Positions 48,897 through 59,079 of a stretch of 64,000 bases of DNA are shown here, one piece after another. The position numbers and the translations under genes are program-made. Location of the stretch: positions 1,722,460 through 1,786,459 of the forward strand of contig NZ_JAXHNZ010000002.1 of the NCBI RefSeq assembly GCF_034520025.1, read 5' to 3'. The DNA is from Rhodoferax sp. (GTDB lineage: Bacteria; Pseudomonadota; Gammaproteobacteria; Burkholderiales; Burkholderiaceae_C). The first letter of the stretch is position 1, and each line of letters opens with the position of its first letter. The notes beneath the pieces were generated by a model, which worked only from the letters and a program-made list of their open reading frames with translations, did no database searches and had not been told where the DNA came from.

Positions 48897-50141
48897 TTAC
48901 GCCAGCGTCACGCGGGCAAATTTGCGCTTGCCCACTTGAAGAACATAGGTGCCCGCGCCTAGCTTCAAGCCCTTGTCGCTGACCACATTGCTGTCTACAC
49001 GCACGCCACCACCGTCAATCAAGCGGTTACCTTCGCCGCTGGAGGCGGCCAGGTTTGCAGACTTCAGCAGCGCGCCGATGCCTACCGCCGCACCCCCTTC
49101 GCCCAAAGACAAGGTGATTTCGTCGATCTGGTCCGGGATGCCACCCTTGCTGCGGTTAATGAAGTCTTGCTCTGCCGCATCGGCCGCAGCAGCGCTGTGA
49201 AAGCGGGCCGTGATCTCCTTGGCCAGCGCCACCTTGGCATCTTTGGGGTTGCGCCCGCCTTCGACTTCGGCCTTGAGCGCGGCGATTTCTGCCTCGCTCT
49301 TGAAGCTTAGCAGCGTGTACCACTTCCACATCAGCACATCAGAGATGCTCAGCACCTTGGCGAACATGGTGTTGGGCTCTTCCGAGATGCCAATGTAATT
49401 GTTTTTGCTCTTGGACATCTTCTCGACGCCGTCCAGCCCTTCGAGCAGCGGCATGGTCAAGATGCACTGGGGCTCCTGGCCGTATTCGGCCTGCAGGGTG
49501 CGGCCCATGAGCAGGTTGAACTTCTGGTCAGTACCGCCTAGCTCAAGGTCGCTTTCCAGCGCCACCGAGTCGTAGCCCTGCATCAAAGGGTAGAGGAATT
49601 CATGCACCGCAATGGGGGTACCAGCCTTGAAGCGGTCGTGGAAATCATTACGCTCCATCATGCGGGCCACGGTATAGCGGCTCGCCAGCTGGATCATGCC
49701 GCGCGCACCCAGTGGATCGCTCCACTCGCTGTTGTAGCGAATTTCGGTTTTGGCAGGGTCCAGCACCAGGCTGGCTTGGCGGTAGTAGGTCTCGGCGTTG
49801 ACCTTGATCTGCTCGGCCGTCAGTGGCGGGCGCGTACTGTTGCGGCCGGACGGGTCGCCGATCATGCTGGTGAAGTCACCAATCAAAAAGATGACCGTGT
49901 GGCCCAAGTCTTGCAACTGGCGCATCTTGTTGAGCACCACGGTGTGGCCGATGTGGATGTCAGGCGCGGTCGGGTCCAGCCCCAGCTTGATGCGCAGCGG
50001 TTTGCCGGTGGCTTCTGACTTGGCGAGCTTTTTCACCCACTCGTCTTGCGGAAGCAATTCTTCTACGCCGCGCAGGGTGACCGCAAGGGCCTCACGCACA
50101 CGATCGCTTACAACTAATTGGGGGCTTAAGGCTTGATTCAT
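48897..50141 (-). CDS. tyrS: Tyrosine--tRNA ligase
   Basis: [37 protein letters not shown]4 domain QVGKRKF. Confidence 0.98.
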   Translation of the reverse strand: MNQALSPQLVVSDRVREALAVTLRGVEELLPQDEWVKKLAKSEATGKPLRIKLGLDPTAPDIHIGHTVVLNKMRQLQDLGHTVIFLIGDFTSMIGDPSGRNSTRPPLTAEQIKVNAETYYRQASLVLDPAKTEIRYNSEWSDPLGARGMIQLASRYTVARMMERNDFHDRFKAGTPIAVHEFLYPLMQGYDSVALESDLELGGTDQKFNLLMGRTLQAEYGQEPQCILTMPLLEGLDGVEKMSKSKNNYIGISEEPNTMFAKVLSISDVLMWKWYTLLSFKSEAEIAALKAEVEGGRNPKDAKVALAKEITARFHSAAAADAAEQDFINRSKGGIPDQIDEITLSLGEGGAAVGIGALLKSANLAASSGEGNRLIDGGGVRVDSNVVSDKGLKLGAGTYVLQVGKRKFARVTLA

Positions 50142-50263
50142 AAGGGTTTTTCTTGTGGCCGAAACAGGCGCGGCGGCTATACTACCCGCTCCTTTACGCA
50201 ACGCTTCCGTTGCCAGCGGCTGGATTTTAGTCGGGCCGCATCCCCCACACCGGAGTCTTTGAT

Positions 50264-51622
50264 TTGAAGCATGGACTGAACCAGGCTGTTGAGTTGTGCG
50301 TGGCGCGTGCCACGGCCTTCATCCAGCTGTACCCCAAACAAATTACTGCCGCCATTGCTGCCCTGTTGATCGGCGGCACGGGCGCCACCTTCGCGGTAGC
50401 CACATTGGCGCCTGATGCCTCGGATTTGCCGGTGCGCACCGTGGTTGAAGTGGTGCAAAGTGAATCGCTTGCAGCCTATGGAAACGACATCAGCGATCAG
50501 GCCATGCGCTTGTATCGCACCGAAACAACCCGCTCAAGCGACACTGCCGACACCCTGCTCAAGCGCTTGGGCGTAGTCGATCCGCAAGTCGCTGCATTTT
50601 TGCGGGCAGACAGCCAAAGCCAGTCTGCACTGTTGGGCCGCGGTGGCCGCAACGTCACTGCTGAAGTCAACGCGGAACAAGGCCTGGAAAAGCTCAGCGC
50701 ACGCTGGAGCCCGAATGACGACGGCACGTTTAAGCGCCTGACCATCGAAAAAACTGCTGGCGGCTTCAGAGCCCGCACAGAAACACTGCCCCTGGTGGCC
50801 AACACACGGCTCGCCAGCGGCATCATTAACAGCTCCTTGTTTGCAGCGACAGACGACGCGCGCCTGCCCGATTCGGTGGCTACGCAAGTCGCTGAAATTT
50901 TCGCCGGCGACATCGACTTTCACCGGGCGCTGCGCAAGGGCGACCGCTTCTCGGTGATTTACGAAGCGCTGGAGGGCGACGGCGAACCTTTGCGCGCAGG
51001 CCGGGTGCTGAGTGCCGAGTTTGTGAACGCAGGCAAACCCTTCCAAGCCATGTGGTTCGCGGACCCCGTGGCAGCTGGAAAAGGTGCGTATTACACCTTA
51101 GGGGGCGAGAGCTTGCGCCGTGCTTTTTTGGCTTCGCCCTTGGAGTTCTCGCGGGTGACCAGTGGCTTCAAAATGCGCTTTCACCCCATTTTGCAAACAT
51201 GGCGCGCGCACTTGGGTGTGGACTACGCCGCGGCAACCGGCACCCCCGTACGGACGGTGGGCGATGGCGTGGTCGATTTTGCAGGTGTGCAAGGTGGCTT
51301 TGGCAATGTAGTGATGGTCAAACACCGCAACAACCAAACCACGGTATATGCGCACCTGAGTCGCATCAACGTCAAGAAAGGCCAGGCAGTGAGCCAGGGG
51401 CAGAACATCGGTGCGGTGGGTGCGACAGGCTGGGCTACGGGCCCGCATTTGCACTTTGAATTCCGGGTCAATGGCGCCCACCAGGATCCACTGTCGATTG
51501 CACGCCAGAGTGAGTCCGTCCCGGTATCGCCTGCCGCGAAGCCGGTCTTCGAGCAAGCCGCAGCGCAGGTACGTAGCCAGCTCGCCAGCGCAGCACAGAT
51601 GCTACCCGGCTCGGCTGAGTAA
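50264..51622 (+). CDS. M23 family peptidoglycan endopeptidase
   Basis: N-terminal TM, OapA-like region, [22 protein letters not shown]. Confidence 0.92.
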   Translation: MKHGLNQAVELCVARATAFIQLYPKQITAAIAALLIGGTGATFAVATLAPDASDLPVRTVVEVVQSESLAAYGNDISDQAMRLYRTETTRSSDTADTLLKRLGVVDPQVAAFLRADSQSQSALLGRGGRNVTAEVNAEQGLEKLSARWSPNDDGTFKRLTIEKTAGGFRARTETLPLVANTRLASGIINSSLFAATDDARLPDSVATQVAEIFAGDIDFHRALRKGDRFSVIYEALEGDGEPLRAGRVLSAEFVNAGKPFQAMWFADPVAAGKGAYYTLGGESLRRAFLASPLEFSRVTSGFKMRFHPILQTWRAHLGVDYAAATGTPVRTVGDGVVDFAGVQGGFGNVVMVKHRNNQTTVYAHLSRINVKKGQAVSQGQNIGAVGATGWATGPHLHFEFRVNGAHQDPLSIARQSESVPVSPAAKPVFEQAAAQVRSQLASAAQMLPGSAE

Positions 51623-51634
51623 GCGCCTGCCCCT

Positions 51635-52762
51635 GTGTCGGAGTTATTCATCGGCCTGATGTCCGGCACGTCTTTGGACGGCGTGGACGGCGTTTTGGTG
51701 GATTTCGGGGGCGATGCCCCCAAAGTGTTGGCACATGAGACGCTTGGCTTCCCTGACACATTGCGAGCAAATTTTCTGGCGCTGAACACCAGCGGCCCGG
51801 ATGAAATTCACCGTGGTGCACTCGCTGCCAATGGCCTCGCCCGCCTCTATGCCAAGGTGGTTGACGGCCTGCTGCACAGCACCGGACTGACAGCAAATGC
51901 AGTGCAAGCGATCGGAGCGCACGGGCAGACGGTAAGACACCGCCCCGGCGAATTTGACGGCGTGGGCTATACCACCCAGCTCAATCAGCCTGCACTTCTC
52001 GCTGAACTCTGTGGCATCAACGTAGTGGCGGATTTCCGTAGCCGTGACGTCGCCGCGGGCGGGCAAGGGGCACCGCTGGTGCCACCGTTTCACCAGGCCT
52101 TTTTCAGCCCACGCGGCGAGCGATTGGCAGTGCTGAACATCGGCGGCATCTCCAATGTCACCCTGTTAAATGCCACTCCAGAGGCCCCAGTGCTGGGCTT
52201 TGACTGTGGCCCGGGCAACGCGCTGATGGACGCGTGGTGCCATCGCCATATAGGGCAGCACTTTGACGTGGATGGCGCGTGGTCCGCATCAGGCACCGTG
52301 CTGCCGGAACTGTTGAATCGTTTGTTGCAGGAGCCCTTCCTGCAAAAGAGCCCCCCCAAGAGTACCGGACGCGATCTTTTCAACATCGCTTGGCTGGAGG
52401 GCCATTTGAGTGCGTGGCGCGCCACGGGCAAAGACTTCACCCCCGCCGATATTCAAGCAACCCTGACGGAGTTCACAGCGCGCACCTGTGCTGATGCGTT
52501 ACAGCGAAATATGGCGGCGTGCCCAGTGGTCGCTGTGTGTGGCGGCGGGGCCTATAACGGCTCACTCATGCGACGTTTGCAAGCGCTGTTGCCGGGATGC
52601 GGGGTACAAAGCTCCGCGTCTCTAAGCCTGCCACCACTGCAAGTGGAGGCGACTGCTTTCGCTTGGCTGGCGCGGCAAACCTCACTTCACCGACCATCCA
52701 GTTTGCCAAAAGTAACGGGCGCCCAAGGCGCCCGCATACTCGGTGCAATCTATCCGGCCTGA
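51635..52762 (+). CDS. anmK: Anhydro-N-acetylmuramic acid kinase
   Basis: IGLMSGTSLDGVD, HGQTVRH, DFRSRDVAAGGQGAPL, NIGGISN, FDCGPGN, VEATAFAWLA. Confidence 0.97.
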   Translation: MSELFIGLMSGTSLDGVDGVLVDFGGDAPKVLAHETLGFPDTLRANFLALNTSGPDEIHRGALAANGLARLYAKVVDGLLHSTGLTANAVQAIGAHGQTVRHRPGEFDGVGYTTQLNQPALLAELCGINVVADFRSRDVAAGGQGAPLVPPFHQAFFSPRGERLAVLNIGGISNVTLLNATPEAPVLGFDCGPGNALMDAWCHRHIGQHFDVDGAWSASGTVLPELLNRLLQEPFLQKSPPKSTGRDLFNIAWLEGHLSAWRATGKDFTPADIQATLTEFTARTCADALQRNMAACPVVAVCGGGAYNGSLMRRLQALLPGCGVQSSASLSLPPLQVEATAFAWLARQTSLHRPSSLPKVTGAQGARILGAIYPA

Positions 52763-52765
52763 AGG

Positions 52766-53131
52766 TCAGGTCGAGAAAGACGAACCGCAGCCACAGGTAG
52801 TCGTGGCATTGGGGTTCTTGATGACGAACTGCGCGCCCTGCAAATCTTCTTTGTAGTCGATTTCTGCGCCTACCAAGTATTGGTAGCTCATGGCATCGAT
52901 CAACAAAGACACACCGTTTTTGGTCATGGTGGTGTCGTCTTCGTTCGTGATTTCGTCGAACGTGAATCCGTACTGGAAGCCGGAGCAACCGCCACCTTGC
53001 ACGAATACGCGCAATTTCAAATCAGGATTGCCTTCTTCGGCAATCAAGTCAGCCACTTTCGCCGCGGCGCTGTCGGTGAACAGAATCGGGGAAGGCATGT
53101 CAGTTTGGATGTTTTCAGCAACGGCGCTCAT
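52766..53131 (-). CDS. erpA: Fe-S cluster insertion protein
   Basis: [33 protein letters not shown]. Confidence 0.96.
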   Translation of the reverse strand: MSAVAENIQTDMPSPILFTDSAAAKVADLIAEEGNPDLKLRVFVQGGGCSGFQYGFTFDEITNEDDTTMTKNGVSLLIDAMSYQYLVGAEIDYKEDLQGAQFVIKNPNATTTCGCGSSFST

Positions 53132-53192
53132 GGCGACTCCATTCAGATACGAGAATAAGACAAATAGTACAGGAATCCGCTCGGGAATTCTC

Positions 53193-53588
53193 TTATTGGT
53201 TGTTTGCCGCTAGTTTCAATGTGGGTTTTTCTTCGCCATGCAACATCGGACGCAGCTGGCCAGCGATCAAGGCGCCCTGGTGCATTTCCAGCGCCGCGTA
53301 TTCAATGTCACCCTCGATCCGGGCCTTGGGTTGCAGCTCCAACATGCGACGCGCATGGATGGGGCCTTTCACCGCGCCGTTGATGATGATGTGATCGGCC
53401 GTGATCGAACCGGTAACGCTCGCAGAATCCGAGATCACGAGGATGCTCATAGCCGCCTCAGCAGCATGTACGTTACCAACGACAGTGCCATCTACCCGCA
53501 GGCCATCAGAAAAGGACAGGTTCCCTTGGATCTCAGTTCCGTCCGCGATCAGGCTCTTGATGGGTGGCTGCTTATTTTTATTGAACAT
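53193..53588 (-). CDS. Bactofilin (polymer-forming cytoskeletal protein)
   Basis: [39 protein letters not shown]. Confidence 0.9.
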   Translation of the reverse strand: MFNKNKQPPIKSLIADGTEIQGNLSFSDGLRVDGTVVGNVHAAEAAMSILVISDSASVTGSITADHIIINGAVKGPIHARRMLELQPKARIEGDIEYAALEMHQGALIAGQLRPMLHGEEKPTLKLAANNQ

Positions 53589-53606
53589 GGCATAGCTTTC
53601 AAAGAC

Positions 53607-54335
53607 TTAAAGCTTGAGCGTCTGCGTTGCTCGAACCACAGACCCGTCAAGAACACGCGCTGACACGCTTTTCACCACCGCTTGCGGCGGGAGGGGAAAC
53701 TCCCCCTCCATGCGCCCATATTGCTTGACCTTGAGGGCGATGGCCCCTTCGGGTAACGAAGCCGTCCAGGGCTTGCCGTTTGCCGTTCCCACCAGAGTTA
53801 TTTCCAAACGACCTACAAACTCTTGGCTGTTACGGCCGGCCTGCATGACCAACGCTTGCCATTTTAAAGTGCCCGGAGCGATGAGCTCCGCTTGAAGACC
53901 CCTTATCGCAATGCCCTCAACCCCGCCCGCAGGAATCAGCTTCTCGAAAAAACCCAGATCGTCGCGCAAGGCTCGGTTGTCGGCCTCGAGTTGTTTCACT
54001 TGCGAGATGAGCTTTTCTTGAGACGCCTTTTCGGCGGTCACCAATGTATCGGCGGTATTTGCGACTGATTGCGCTTGATCCCGCTCCGCTTTCAGCGTCA
54101 GCATTTCGGCTTGTAGCGCAGCGGCGGTTGCGCGGAGCTGCACCAGTTCGTCCTTAGACCCTTTTTCGAGACCGGCAATATCCTTGCCAAACTCAAATGC
54201 CCACAGGCCAATGGCCGCACAAAAGCCCAACACAATCGCGAGTAATGCCCAGCGGAAGGGCCACGGCATGGCACTGCGCACGGCCATCCGGGGCGCACTG
54301 ATGGTGAGGCGGCGTCGAAGGAGTCGAAATCTCAT
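53607..54335 (-). CDS. DUF6776-like membrane-anchored coiled-coil protein
   Basis: TM near the N-terminus, coiled coil, LRDDLGFFEKL, beta-rich C-terminus; directly upstream of bactofilin. Confidence 0.65.
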   Translation of the reverse strand: MRFRLLRRRLTISAPRMAVRSAMPWPFRWALLAIVLGFCAAIGLWAFEFGKDIAGLEKGSKDELVQLRATAAALQAEMLTLKAERDQAQSVANTADTLVTAEKASQEKLISQVKQLEADNRALRDDLGFFEKLIPAGGVEGIAIRGLQAELIAPGTLKWQALVMQAGRNSQEFVGRLEITLVGTANGKPWTASLPEGAIALKVKQYGRMEGEFPLPPQAVVKSVSARVLDGSVVRATQTLKL

Positions 54336-54361
54336 GAGGGGCGAAGTCTAGCAGTCCACAG

Positions 54362-54397
54362 AAAAACAGCCGCCAGAGCTTGCACTCGGGCGGCTGT
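54362..54397 (-). terminator. Intrinsic terminator of rplM-rpsI
   Basis: ACAGCCGCC/GGCGGCTGT stem followed by a T5 tract on the minus strand. Confidence 0.8.
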
Positions 54398-54425
54398 CGA
54401 TGTGCAACCAGAGGTTGCAGCGTGA

Positions 54426-54818
54426 TTAACGCTTGGAGAACTGCTTACGACGACGAGCGCCGTGGAAGCCGACCTTCTTACGTTCCACTTCACGCGCGTC
54501 ACGAGTTACGAAGCCGGCTTGGCTCAGTGCGGGCTTGAGGCTCGCGTCGTAATCGATCAATGCACGTGTGATGCCGTGACGGGTAGCACCTGCCTGGCCG
54601 GACTCACCGCCGCCAGCGACGTTGACCATGATGTCAAACGTTTCAGCGTGGTTAGTCAGCATCAGAGGTTGCTTGCAGATCATGATGGAGGTTTGACGAC
54701 CGAAGAAGTTTTCGATGTCTTTACCGTTCACAGTGATCTTGCCAGTGCCTTTTTTCAGGAAAACGCGGGCGACGCTGGATTTGCGACGGCCTGTTCCATT
54801 GTTCCATTCACCAATCAT
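54426..54818 (-). CDS. rpsI: 30S ribosomal protein S9
   Basis: [38 protein letters not shown]. Confidence 0.99.
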   Translation of the reverse strand: MIGEWNNGTGRRKSSVARVFLKKGTGKITVNGKDIENFFGRQTSIMICKQPLMLTNHAETFDIMVNVAGGGESGQAGATRHGITRALIDYDASLKPALSQAGFVTRDAREVERKKVGFHGARRRKQFSKR

Positions 54819-54827
54819 GAGAGCTCC

Positions 54828-55256
54828 TTACAGTTCCAACACTTTGGGTTGCTGGGCAGTGTGGGGATGCTCAGCACCACCGTACACCTTGAGCTTCTTG
54901 ATCATGGCGTAGCCCAGGGGACCCTTGGGCAGCATGCCCTTGACGGCTTTTTCCAAAGCGCGACCGGGATGCTTGGACTGCATGTCACGGAAGTTAGTGG
55001 CTGTGATACCGCCGGGATAACCGGAGTGGCGGTAGTACACCTTGTCCAGGGACTTGGTACCAGTCACTTTGAGTTGGGCTGCGTTGATAACGACGATGAA
55101 ATCACCGGTATCGACGTGAGGCGTGTAAATGGCCTTGTGTTTGCCGCGCAAACGGAGAGCAACTTCGCTGGCTACTCGTCCGAGGACCTTATCGGTCGCG
55201 TCAACCACAAACCACTCGTGCACGACCTCAGCGGGTTTTGCGCTGAATGTAGACAT
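54828..55256 (-). CDS. rplM: 50S ribosomal protein L13
   Basis: [50 protein letters not shown]. Confidence 0.99.
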   Translation of the reverse strand: MSTFSAKPAEVVHEWFVVDATDKVLGRVASEVALRLRGKHKAIYTPHVDTGDFIVVINAAQLKVTGTKSLDKVYYRHSGYPGGITATNFRDMQSKHPGRALEKAVKGMLPKGPLGYAMIKKLKVYGGAEHPHTAQQPKVLEL

Positions 55257-55415
55257 GAGTTTTCTCTTTAAAAAGAAGGTTTGGGAGGGCTCTTTTCCAC
55301 GGTCGGCGTTCCTCTGTTGGGAATCTCTTAGGTGGGGAGTACGCTGTGCACTGCCGTGAGACGGTACCCAGAGTTGCTTCGCCGCGGAGCCGCAAAAAGC
55401 GCTGCGAAGCCCTCG

Positions 55416-55444
55416 ATTATACAAAGCCCCCGCAAAAATCGCAA
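55416..55444 (-). promoter_or_regulatory. Sigma70 promoter for rplM-rpsI
   Basis: Minus strand TTGCGA (55444-55439), 17 nt, TATAAT (55421-55416). Confidence 0.7.
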
Positions 55445-55460
55445 ATCCGCCCTGACGGGA

Positions 55461-57185
55461 TCAGTTGCGGGACTTGTTCTGCTCTTCCCAGTGCTTGCGG
55501 TCTGCCACGCAAACGGCCAAGTTGTAAAACTCGGGTTTCTGGCATTCCCGGTAGACGCACATAGTCCGCGAAAAGATCGATGCAGTCGCGCAGATGGCGG
55601 TGGGATCTTTCGCAGGAGAAGCGCCAGCAGACGATGTTTCGGCACCACCCTGCCCTGTGGCGGCACCAGTCGCCGGAGGGCTCGACGGCTTCTCGGCCAC
55701 TGCAGGTGACGTCGCAGCTCCCCAAGACTGCTTGGGAGCAGCGTTCGGCTTGGCGCGACCATTGGCAACCGTTCCACTCGCGGATTTCGCAGGCGCAAGC
55801 GGCACAGCGGCAGGGTTTTGCGATGGCTGAACTTGTGATGTAGCTACAACCGGCGCAGCTTCTGTCACCGGGGGGCTTGGGGGCACGATACTTTCGACTG
55901 GCGGTGTTGCCGCTGTGACTGGAGGTGTCGGCCGCATGGACCACACGAGGGCGCCAACAAGCACCACGCCCCCTGCAATCCACAGCCAGGGCGACTTTGC
56001 GCCTGCCTTTCCTTGGGCGGCCTCAGCGCGGCGCTCTTTAACCGGTGACTCTCCCTTGGGAGGCACCTTCACTGTTTTGGATTGATCGAACGTAGCAGGC
56101 TGAAACACGGTCTCCGGAAAATGCGGGGCCGGCTGCGTTGTGAGCAACTCCGTGGTGACCGGTTCCGGATCATTACCGGTCTCGACCAAAGTCACCGAAT
56201 CGCCCAGAGATTTGCGCCAGTCGAATCGCGCAAGATCGGGGGGCGACTTCATGCCGATTTCTTGAGTAAAGGCCTCCACACTTGCAGTTCGGTCAGCAGG
56301 CTCAATCGCCAGCGCGTGCGAGATGGCTCGGACAAAGCCGTCAGAGTATTTCTGGTTGAAATGTGTCTCGGCCGTCTGGGCCACCTGCGAAAAAGCCGGC
56401 AAGCGGTCGCGCACTGCGCGGAACGTCGCTGGCAGAGGCGGCTCATTGCAGATGCAGCCGTGCATCACAGCCGCTACCGCATAGAGATCGGTCCACGGCC
56501 CCTCTTGCATGTCCCGGGCGTCGGCGTACTGCTCGATCGGCGCGTAATTCACCTTGAGGATGGCCGTGTGCTTTTGACTGGCATCGAGAATGGCCCGTCG
56601 CGCAGCTCCCAAATCCAGCAGGACCGGAGGGCCGATGTTCTGCAGAAAAATGTTGTCTGGCGACACATCCCGGTGCAGCGTGCTGTTGTCATGCAGTACC
56701 TTGAGTCCAGCCAATACCGACCACAACACCGACTGCAGCCACTCCTGGGGCGGGGGCCCACTCATTCTGCGACGGGCCTCCTTGAGGGTTATGCCCTCAT
56801 ACAAGGGCATCGCCATATAGGCGGTGTTGTTGGCCTCCCAAAAGCGATACACCTTCACCAAAGACGGGTGGTCAAAGCGGGCCAACAAGCGCGCCTCTGC
56901 AATAAAAGAACTCAAACCCGACTCAAAAGCCGCCGCGTCTGCGACCGACTTCACCGTGAGAGAGGACAGGTTATCTCGCCCTACCAGGCTGGTAGGCATG
57001 TACTCTTTGATCGCGACCGCCCGGTGCAATGAATGGTCATAACCCCGGTACACCATGCCAAAACCGCCCACGCCCAGCAAGCCCTTGATCTCAAACTCGG
57101 CGAGACGGGTGCCGTTTGCGAGGGCGTCCATATGCCCGGCCTCAGTGACCCGGGCTGAAGCAGGCGGAGTGTGAATGTCAACCAT
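55461..57185 (-). CDS. Hanks-type Ser/Thr protein kinase with TM and Cys-rich C-terminus
   Basis: LGVGGFGMVY, VAIKEY, LHRDVSPDN, LLDLG, YAPIEQY, DLYAV; TM, Pro/Ala linker, 4-Cys tail. Confidence 0.92.
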   Translation of the reverse strand: MVDIHTPPASARVTEAGHMDALANGTRLAEFEIKGLLGVGGFGMVYRGYDHSLHRAVAIKEYMPTSLVGRDNLSSLTVKSVADAAAFESGLSSFIAEARLLARFDHPSLVKVYRFWEANNTAYMAMPLYEGITLKEARRRMSGPPPQEWLQSVLWSVLAGLKVLHDNSTLHRDVSPDNIFLQNIGPPVLLDLGAARRAILDASQKHTAILKVNYAPIEQYADARDMQEGPWTDLYAVAAVMHGCICNEPPLPATFRAVRDRLPAFSQVAQTAETHFNQKYSDGFVRAISHALAIEPADRTASVEAFTQEIGMKSPPDLARFDWRKSLGDSVTLVETGNDPEPVTTELLTTQPAPHFPETVFQPATFDQSKTVKVPPKGESPVKERRAEAAQGKAGAKSPWLWIAGGVVLVGALVWSMRPTPPVTAATPPVESIVPPSPPVTEAAPVVATSQVQPSQNPAAVPLAPAKSASGTVANGRAKPNAAPKQSWGAATSPAVAEKPSSPPATGAATGQGGAETSSAGASPAKDPTAICATASIFSRTMCVYRECQKPEFYNLAVCVADRKHWEEQNKSRN

Positions 57186-57289
57186 GGCGTGAGATGAACT
57201 CTGTATTTTTTATGCCCGCAAAGGCCCTGTCAGGGGCCCTTTCCAAACTCGATGCACATGGCAACGCGGGTCGATAGGTATCATAGGGG

Positions 57290-58180
57290 ATGTTTAGTTA
57301 TCGACACGCCTTCCACGCCGGCAACCACGCCGACGTGTTGAAACACACCACGTTGCTGGCAGTTTTGCGCCATATGACGCAAAAAGAGACCGCGCTCAAC
57401 GTCTTTGACACCCATGCGGGAGCCGGGCTGTACAAACTCGATGGAGACTTTGCCAAGACCAGTGAAGAAGCCGCCGAAGGCTTCCTGAAACTAGTTGCCA
57501 GCAAGCCTGAGACGCCGTTTGCACCTGCCCTGCAGGACTACATCGACATGGTGGAGAGCTTCAATGCCGGTAACACCTGGTCGGTTTACCCCGGCTCGCC
57601 ATTCATCATCCAGAGTCTCCTCAGCGGCCGCGACAAGCTCAAGATGTTTGAGTTGCACCCGACCGACACCAAAACACTGATTGCCAACGTCGCCCAGCTC
57701 GAAGCCGGCCGGCAAGTAACCGTGTTGCGCGAAGACGGGTTTGAGGGGCTCAAGAAATTTCTGCCCCCACCGTCGCGCCGTGCTTTGGTGCTGTGCGATC
57801 CGAGCTATGAGGTCAAAAACGACTACATGCGGGTGGCAAGTATGGTGGCGGACTCCATGCTGCGGTTTGCCACCGGAACCTATGCGGTGTGGTACCCCAT
57901 CATCCCGCGGCCAGAGGCCCATGACTTGCCGAAGAAACTCAAAACCATGGCCAACAAGGCCGGCAAATCATGGTTGCACGCGACGCTCACCGTCAAGTCG
58001 AGCAAGCTGACGACCGACGAGCAAGGCGAAGTGGTCCGCCCCGGATTGCCCGCAAGCGGCATGTTTTTGATCAACCCACCGCACACACTTAAGGCAGCCC
58101 TCAAGGACGCGCTGCCCCAAATGGTGAAGCTGCTCGGGCAGGACGCCAATGCGACGTCCACCCTCGACTCCGGCGGCTAA
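57290..58180 (+). CDS. rlmJ: 23S rRNA A2030 N6-methyltransferase
   Basis: SYRHAFHAGNHADVLKH, DTHAGAG.Y, YPGSP, ELHPTD, DPSYE. Confidence 0.96.
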   Translation: MFSYRHAFHAGNHADVLKHTTLLAVLRHMTQKETALNVFDTHAGAGLYKLDGDFAKTSEEAAEGFLKLVASKPETPFAPALQDYIDMVESFNAGNTWSVYPGSPFIIQSLLSGRDKLKMFELHPTDTKTLIANVAQLEAGRQVTVLREDGFEGLKKFLPPPSRRALVLCDPSYEVKNDYMRVASMVADSMLRFATGTYAVWYPIIPRPEAHDLPKKLKTMANKAGKSWLHATLTVKSSKLTTDEQGEVVRPGLPASGMFLINPPHTLKAALKDALPQMVKLLGQDANATSTLDSGG

Positions 58181-58193
58181 GTCGGTAGTTACC

Positions 58194-59039
58194 TCAGGCG
58201 CTTAGGCCGAGGTTTTGACACAAGGCCAGAGTCGGAGCACTCTGGTTCATGGTGTAGAAATGGATGGAGGGTGCACCGCCTGCGCGCAGTTGCTCGCACA
58301 AATCGGTCACTACCTCCAAGCCAAACGCCTTGATGGATGCCACGTCATCCCCATAGCTCTGCAGGCGCAAGCGAATCCAACGCGGAATTTCGGCGCCACA
58401 GGCATCCGAGAAACGCATCAACTGGGTCGAGCTGGTAATCGGCATGATGCCCGGCACCACGGGCACTGTGACGCCCAGAGCATCCACCTCTTCCAGAAAC
58501 CGGAAGTAGGCATCGGAGTTGTAGAAGTATTGGGTGATTGCGGAATTGGCACCTGCTTTGACCTTGGCAGCAAATGCCTGCAGGTCGCTGGCCGGTGATT
58601 TGGCCTGCGGGTGCACTTCGGGGTAGGCCGCCACTTCAATGTGGAAATCGTCGCCGGTTTCGGCACGGATAAAGGCCACCAAATCACTGGCGTATTGAAA
58701 CTCACCGCCGGCGCCATAGCCGCTCGGCAAGTCGCCGCGCAAAGCGACCAGGCGCTTCACGCCCATTGCCTTCAAGGTGGCCAATTGCACCCGCACAGTG
58801 GCTTTGGTCGCACCCACGCACGAAAAGTGGGAAGCAGCGCTCACCCCTTCGGACAAGATGTCGCGCACGGTGTTGAACGTACCCTCTTGGGTCGAACCGC
58901 CAGCACCAAAAGTCACAGAACAAAACTCGGGGATGAGGCCATACAACTGTTGGCGCACCACGCGCAGCTTTTCGGCACCCTCAGGAGTTTTGGGCGGAAA
59001 GAATTCCAGACTCAGTGGAATCCGATGGCTTGTAAACAT
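58194..59039 (-). CDS. metF: Methylenetetrahydrofolate reductase
   Basis: SLEFFPPKT, SVTFGAGGS, ALRGDLP, AAYPEVHP, ITQYFY, HFYTMN. Confidence 0.97.
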   Translation of the reverse strand: MFTSHRIPLSLEFFPPKTPEGAEKLRVVRQQLYGLIPEFCSVTFGAGGSTQEGTFNTVRDILSEGVSAASHFSCVGATKATVRVQLATLKAMGVKRLVALRGDLPSGYGAGGEFQYASDLVAFIRAETGDDFHIEVAAYPEVHPQAKSPASDLQAFAAKVKAGANSAITQYFYNSDAYFRFLEEVDALGVTVPVVPGIMPITSSTQLMRFSDACGAEIPRWIRLRLQSYGDDVASIKAFGLEVVTDLCEQLRAGGAPSIHFYTMNQSAPTLALCQNLGLSA

Positions 59040-59079
59040 AGTGTTCTCCGTCTCAGCCCCGCTCTGGCGAGGGCCGGAT

